A DNA stretch of 64,000 nucleotides from Owenia fusiformis (lineage: Eukaryota), in the NCBI GenBank assembly GCA_903813345.2, contig CAIIXF020000001.1, forward strand, positions 40,300,001 to 40,364,000. The letters are read 5' to 3'. This document shows, piece after piece, positions 60,421-64,000 of this stretch; positions within the stretch are counted from its first letter, which is position 1; each line of letters starts with the position of its first letter. The translations under genes and the position numbers were made by a program. The notes below the pieces were generated by a model. The model searched no databases. It saw only the letters and a program-made list of their open reading frames with translations, and had not been told where the DNA came from.

Positions 60421-61194
60421 TTCTGGATGACTCGGCTTAAAAAAGTCTAGATCTGGAGTCTGAAATTGAACTTGTTCAATTTCCAAAGTCTAGTTATATT
60501 AGTACTTTGTAAAGAATTTCCATACTATACGGTAAATCAAGGGGATTTAATTTAGAAAATGAATAATCTTTATTTTTCAGATACAATATCAATGAGGTTG
60601 GCTCCCGGGGATTCAATACTTAGCCTATGTATTTAGTTTACCTTGTATATCCTTTTAACTTTGATAAAGACAAATACATTAAGGAACCAAACAAAATACG
60701 TTTCATTCATGAACCACGCACTCACGCGTTTTATTCATTTCCCGACCAACACCTATAAACAGAACATAAAACAGTTTCTCTAGATATTCAATGATACATT
60801 ATGTTGGCGTTTTTGCATCAGCACATTGGTGTTGTTGCATCATCGATAATAAACAGAGTGGTGTTGTTGCATCAATAGTGAGGAATTAAAACCGCGAATT
60901 TCTCGCTTCTTGATGATGGTACATGCATACTAATGAGAGTTTTTTAAATATAGATCATGAGCTAACTGCATGTGTATGATTATTGAGCAACTCGTCCTAG
61001 AAATGGGTTTAAATTGGGAAAACAAAATATCGTACGAAAAGCTATCACCGGAAGTCTGGCCATCTTGATGCAACAACACGGTGTTGTTGCATCACGATAC
61101 CCCCCAGTGCAAACACTATAAATGAGAGGTGCATCCTCAAACCATTAACCGAACTTTTCGATAAGTGTTCAACGTTCACGATACAAAATTACAA

Positions 61195-61448
61195 TTTCCA
61201 TCCCCCCCCCTTGGTTGGGCTCAGAAAAAAAATTGGGCCCAAAGCCCCAAAAAGTGGGCCTTTTTGGTCATTACTGGGCCTTTTAAGGCCTTATTTTTTA
61301 ATTTCAGGCCAAATTTTGAAGAAAATGGGCCTCAAAATTTCAAAATTTGAGCCCACTTTTGGATTTTAGGGGCCCAAAAAAGACGTTTTTTCTCTGACCT
61401 GAAATTTACCCCCCCCCCCCCCCTTGTTGGTTCCTAGATCCGCCCCTG
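61195..61448 (-). mobile_element. hAT-like MITE fragment (CAGGGGCGGATCTAGGA end)
   Basis: tcctagatccgcccctg terminus preceded by a poly-C run and ggccc/gggcc motif repeats. Confidence 0.5.
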
Positions 61449-63370
61449 GATAGTAATCCAACTCTGAGAAATGGAAGAAATACTTTCATACTTTCAAAAT
61501 CTAAATTTTGGTGCAATACATTGGCGATGATTAATGCAAGTGGAATACACATTTTGGAATCAATATTTTTACATCAAGGTACTAACCGGGTCATTTATAT
61601 AGATATTAGCAAACTAAGCATTGTTCTTGTGTCATGATTCTGATTAAATTGCACACCGTTTATTCGTGTATGACGGATTAATGTTTTAAATGCTGCAAAT
61701 ATGGCATTTAAATGATCTATTAACAACATTAAGAACAAAGCATCAACAGGCGGCCGTATCATTATTTTCACTGTTTGCAACGTAAATGTACATGAGATCG
61801 GGACATAGTATGAAAATAATTACAAATAATAACGAATCAAGTTGTTAACAATCCAGAGGCAAATTAGTAGATTTTAAACAGTAAATAACGGTTAAAACGA
61901 ACTTTTTCTTCTCAACTTTCACTAAATTTCTTTGCATTAATATTAGCATACGTCTATTAGTCTAAATGTATATTAGTATTTAAAGCCAATAAAGGTGTTT
62001 GAAATCTTGCTCACATTTTTCTTAGGCAAATTAAAAATAGCGACGAGTAAACTTTTTAAATATTCCAAAATTAAAATAGCGAAAAGGCAAAATTTTAAAA
62101 TTAAACTTTTCTCTCCACATGCATTCTTGCCCCTTGAAAGTATCAAGTAAAGTACATGTATCTGTAATGATTTCAAAATTCAACATTGACAAGTATCTCT
62201 TAATACATTTAATTAATGATAATCATTTAGATAGAATCACTCAGACAACTTCTTCCACTGTCCTCATCCACTCAAGGGAAAGATACCCGGTGATTTCAGC
62301 GGGAAGTGGCGTTTCGTTCAGTGGATGAGCTGCGCGCGCACGCATAAATGTGATTATCCAATATATTTAGGGGAGGGCTATTTGAAATAGTTTTTGGTCT
62401 CAGGCGCGACCCAGGGCTGTTGTCTTAAGGACATTTCGTTGAAAATGAGCCATTCGGCTGATAATTGGTAAGAGTTTGCGATATTATAATGTATAACTGT
62501 TACTCAGACACATATTTTGACACGATTCTGTTGGAAATAAGCTTTGAACCGAGAGATATTCACGATTGATATGCAAATTTTTGATTGTGCCATTGCTTTT
62601 CCATTGCACAATCCATGTATTGATAGAAGTAACATTAATAATGCAGATTGGTTTACCTTCAATACATGGCAGACACTACATATCGGTCTATTAAATACCA
62701 GTTTATCTAGTTAGTTTTATATTTCCATCCACGGCCTGGAGCCTGGGTGTGTTTGTCTCTTATGTGTATGCTTGTGCATGGACTTCTAATCACTAGCAGA
62801 ATTTAACATGATGCAAACTCGACATTATAAGTCATGCTGTAACATTTTGACTTCGCTGGAAAACAATAGGGATTATTTTTCTTGCCAATCAATCATGAAT
62901 CACAATCAAAATTTCAGACGGAATGATCAATCAGGCAATGGTCCAAATCAAGTTATAACATTATATGATATTCAGCAAGAAGTCCGGTAGAAATACAGAA
63001 TATTTAAACATCAAAGCTGAAAATTAAAAGCTAATCTGTCAATTTTCTGTCTGCAAAAGAGCGTTTACATTTGACACAATAACAGACTGAGGCTTTGAAA
63101 TCTAGGATTCCCCAGGAAAATATGACGTCATACTAATTAGCATAAGGATTTCCCTATTGGTCTGGGTCGAGCCTTGTTCGAAAACACAATCCATAAATAC
63201 ATGCTAATTTCTAAGGAGATAGGAAGTGTATAACGTGTTTATCGATTTTATTTAAATTAAATTGTTTAAGTGGATAAAGTGGTCAACACTTGCTTCAATT
63301 CATAGCGTAATCGACGGATGGAAACTGACCGAATTCCCGATATCCTACCCCATATTACTGTAAGCACAGT

Positions 63371-63388
63371 GACCTACAGAGGGCGCTA
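63371..63388 (+). promoter_or_regulatory. candidate CTCF-binding site
   Basis: gacctacagagggcgcta resembles the CTCF core consensus (CC...AG(A/G)GGGCGCT); motif evidence only. Confidence 0.4.
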
Positions 63389-64000
63389 TCACAAACAAGT
63401 ACTGCACGAAACGATAAATTCCCGGGTATTGTAACGCCCTTGATCCACTGTAATGATTTGTTGGAAATATATCATGTTTATGGAGTTGTTAGACTTCCAA
63501 ATGGTTTAACCTCAATATGCTAATATTTGCAAACGGCGTGCATATAAAAGTTTGTTTTATTTCATCAGAAAACGTAAGCGCCATTCCCCAACCCTTTTAT
63601 CAGAAGAAACCGAAACTTGCCAGATCGTCTACGTAAGAGTAAGAAAATTTTATTTTCACTTGGCCAATCTGACTTTGATAAAAGCGCCTCTCCAAATATC
63701 ATGACACTTCCATTCAGATTTAAACAAAATATCATTATCAAATGTGATGATAAAAGGAAAAACATTAAAGAAACTATAAAAAGGCTATTATATATAAAGG
63801 TACGAGTGACTCATTCGATAAAAGAATCAAAGACTGTAAAAATTCATAATCTTCTGTCTGATGTCATCTTAAGCTAAAAAATTGTGTTTAACATCGTCAA
63901 TTTCCTTTCTCTCATTTCAATGGATTCCCTTCCACTAAATAATATTCTACTTCTCTTTTTTGATTTGCTTAAATATTACTCACAAACAATGAAATTTTGA

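Larger units (their letters stand above)
58114..61109. mobile_element. ~3-kb TIR element, CAC...GTG termini, 5-bp TSD (Transib-like), with nested insertions
   Basis: caaac|CACTGGGGAGTATCGTGATGCAACAACAC ... GTGTTGTTGCATCACGATACCCCCCAGTG|caaac; ~270-bp TIRs with repeated gatgcaacaacac motifs. Confidence 0.88.

Noticed and set aside
60115..60450. 111-aa hydrophobic ORF (ILPILS repeats)
   Set aside because: Low-complexity TCCT tract

Overview
AT-rich, intron-rich animal genomic DNA, probably an invertebrate bilaterian; the species cannot be determined from the sequence. I reconstructed two convergent spliced genes by hand from GT-AG junctions with consistent reading phases. (1) On the + strand (143/1750-12857) is an L1CAM/neuroglian-family cell adhesion gene with an unusual architecture: Ig1-Ig2-Ig3-Ig4-(Ig6-like)-TM-L1 cytoplasmic tail (FNEDGSFIGLY, C-terminal DTTV). 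It has no Ig5 and no fibronectin type III domains, and it has a candidate 15-nt microexon upstream of Ig1. Its start/signal-peptide exon lies upstream of the window. (2) On the - strand (37229/39396 to 19147) is a class A peptide-type GPCR with 8-9 coding exons. The rest of the window is densely packed with non-autonomous transposons. These include a 4.5-kb nested foldback element in the intron where Ig5 would be expected, several unrelated CAC...GTG elements with 5-bp TSDs (Transib-like), Mutator-, hAT-, Harbinger- and Tc1/mariner-like MITEs, a tRNA-derived SINE, a LINE-in-LINE nest with a 13-bp TSD, a class of hairpin-headed elements and a 21-bp minisatellite. Most ORFs in the supplied track are spurious.
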